64,000 nt of DNA, from assembly GCA_963847445.1 (NCBI GenBank), contig CAWJZV010000009.1:64001-128000 (forward strand), read 5' to 3'. Positions within the stretch are counted from its first letter, which is position 1; every line of letters starts with the position of its first letter. This document shows positions 62,212-64,000 of the stretch, one piece after another. The DNA is from an uncultured delta proteobacterium (GTDB lineage: Bacteria > Desulfobacterota > Binatia > UBA9968). The notes beneath the pieces were generated by a model. It had not been told where the DNA came from. It did not search any database and was given only the letters and a program-made list of their open reading frames with translations. The translations under genes and the position numbers were made by a program.

Positions 62212-63225
62212 CTACGGTTTCCACCCCGCTTTGGTCAACTGCCGGTCGGCGTCCAGGGCGAAGCTGAAATCGAACGCCCGCGCCGGCGCCAGGGATTCTT
62301 TGGAATCGAGCACCTGGCGAATCACCGCGAGATCGTTCTTCTGCGTCTCTTCATCGACGGCGCCGTTGGCGGTAAAGGTGCCGATCAGGTCGTCATACAG
62401 CCGCGTCACAGTCGCTTGGGGCAAGCCGGAAAACTTGGTAAACGCGGCGATGGTGCCGTCGCGATCCCGTTTGATCAGCCGCAAGGCTTTCAACGTCGCG
62501 CGCGTGAACCCGGCCATGACCTTGGGCTGCTCCTTCATGAATTTCTCCGAAGCCGCGGTGGTACCCCAGGAATTTTTCACCTCGTTGCCGAGGTACATGA
62601 GTTCCTTCATGCCGTTATCGACCCCCGCATAGCGCTGCTCGACACTGACGATCGCCGCATCCACAGCGCCCGACATCAGCGCCACCGCTTGATTACCCAC
62701 GCCCGGATCGACAAAGAACACATCCTTGCTGCCGTCGAGGCCATACTTGGGCAGGAGATTTTTAAACATGAAGGTCGAGATCGAAGCGACGCCCGTGGTG
62801 GCGATCTTCTTGCCTTTGAGCTCCTTGATGCTGGTAATGTTGGGCCGGCTGAGTATCCATTGATGCACGCGGTCGTTGACCGCGAGCACTACTTTAACGG
62901 GAATGTTGCCGCGCGCGATGGCGACCAACGCGCTGCCGCCGGCACCCGTCAGCTGAATACTATCGGCGACCAGAGCCTGAATGCTCGGCGTCGGTTCCAT
63001 GAAGGTGATCTTCAAGTCGATCCCTTCTTCCTTCATGTAGCCGCGCTCCTGCGCCAACGGGAAAATAATCTGTTGAAAACTCTTGGCCGGCAGCGCGATG
63101 GTGACTTCCGCGGCGCTAACCGAGTGCACCATTGGCGTCATCGAGCTACAAAGCATGCTAACCCACACGGTTACCCACGCGACCGTCGGTGAAACACGTA
63201 AGCGTGTCTTTTCGCTAACGAACAT
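62212..63225 (-). CDS. NMT1/TauA/SsuA-type substrate-binding protein, close paralog of 59405-60388
   Basis: Shared GYMKEEGID, IATTGVA, VEQRY, GNEVKNSWGT, VD.ETQ.NDLA, GWKP*. Confidence 0.87.
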   Translation of the reverse strand: MFVSEKTRLRVSPTVAWVTVWVSMLCSSMTPMVHSVSAAEVTIALPAKSFQQIIFPLAQERGYMKEEGIDLKITFMEPTPSIQALVADSIQLTGAGGSALVAIARGNIPVKVVLAVNDRVHQWILSRPNITSIKELKGKKIATTGVASISTFMFKNLLPKYGLDGSKDVFFVDPGVGNQAVALMSGAVDAAIVSVEQRYAGVDNGMKELMYLGNEVKNSWGTTAASEKFMKEQPKVMAGFTRATLKALRLIKRDRDGTIAAFTKFSGLPQATVTRLYDDLIGTFTANGAVDEETQKNDLAVIRQVLDSKESLAPARAFDFSFALDADRQLTKAGWKP

Positions 63226-63352
63226 GAGAATAAGCTCCTTCCCCAACTGTTCCATGGCAATCGCAAAAACAACACTTCGAGGGCAAAATTACTCCGGTGA
63301 CGGATCTTCGACGGTTCAGACAACCTTGAACCTTGAACTCCCTAGTCCCAGG

Positions 63353-64000
63353 CTATACTTTCACCGCCCCAGGTATCGCCCACTCCGACGCGATCTGCCG
63401 CGCGTTGGCCGCCTGGTCCGTCGACACTTGGGCGACCAGCTTGCCCATGTGCAGCATATCGATCTGCAGCGACTCGTTCATGTAGCCGAGATAATCGTCA
63501 AACGTCCGCTCGGCGAGGGAACGGTAGTGAGCGAATTTGTCGATCAATAGCTGCACGACTTTCTCGCGATTGGCCTTGGCGTGAAGAATCCCTTCGCGGT
63601 GCGCCGTTAAAAATAGTCTGAAATCCTTCTCCCGCTCGCCGAGCAGCTTCTGCGTCGTCTCAATGGTGATCGGCAATGGATCGTCGACCAGATCGTTCCA
63701 GTCGAGCATGCGGTGAAAACCTTTGTCTTCGGCGACGAAACCATAGGGCCGCGGCACGATCGCCGCCGCGGCTTTTTTGTCGAGCAAGCTGTGAAACGCT
63801 TCTTGGTCGCTGCCGACCAGCTTGATTTGGAAATCATGACTCGCATCGATGCCGCCGAGCTGCTGGAACTGCCAGCCCAGCGGCACGCCGCGCGCCGGTC
63901 CGTCGCGGCAGACGACGGTTTGGCCTTTGAGATCTTTAATCTCTTTGATCGCCCCGTCGGCAACCAACAGATACGGGCAGCTGTTCATGGCGCAGCCGAT
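63353..64000 (-). CDS. Substrate-binding protein (NMT1-like), 5' end outside the window
   Basis: IKEIKDLKGQ, AAAIVPRPY..AEDKGF, FLTAHREGI. Confidence 0.72.
   Translation of the reverse strand: MGCAMNSCPYLLVADGAIKEIKDLKGQTVVCRDGPARGVPLGWQFQQLGGIDASHDFQIKLVGSDQEAFHSLLDKKAAAAIVPRPYGFVAEDKGFHRMLDWNDLVDDPLPITIETTQKLLGEREKDFRLFLTAHREGILHAKANREKVVQLLIDKFAHYRSLAERTFDDYLGYMNESLQIDMLHMGKLVAQVSTDQAANARQIASEWAIPGAVKV

Overview
GC-rich bacterial chromosomal window with no rRNA, tRNA, CRISPR array or transposase. Gene content suggests a deltaproteobacterial lineage such as Ca. Binatia/Binatota (inference from the many orphan substrate-binding proteins and amidohydrolases). About 16 otherwise normal genes are split by small indels, which most likely reflects unpolished long-read assembly rather than pseudogenes. 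Housekeeping blocks: putA, folE-pepA-trxA, mreBCD-mrdA-rodA, a PpiD/SurA-like gene, lipB-lipA, a TRAP transporter with an amidase, glcD-glcF-glcE and garR. Five features stand out. (1) A stand-alone transcription unit, missed by the ORF track, encodes a 15-aa Lys/Ala micropeptide (MAAKKKAKKKAKKKK). Its 5' and 3' flanks can pair in a nested way that would sequester its ribosome-binding site. (2) An OsmC-family gene has an in-frame UGA at the catalytic Cys position followed by a SECIS-like hairpin, so it is a probable selenoprotein. (3) A ~14.5 kb cyclic-nucleotide signalling cluster contains an MBL phosphodiesterase-like gene, a cNMP/MalT-like TPR/DASS transporter fusion, a sigma-54 activator with a complete promoter, a histidine kinase, a REC-cyclase and three orphan SBPs. 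(4) A four-helix-bundle gene sits inside a heptamer-repeat hairpin element, and an 'empty' copy of that element lies 5 kb away. (5) Nested intergenic repeat elements share a TCGGA/TCCGA core.
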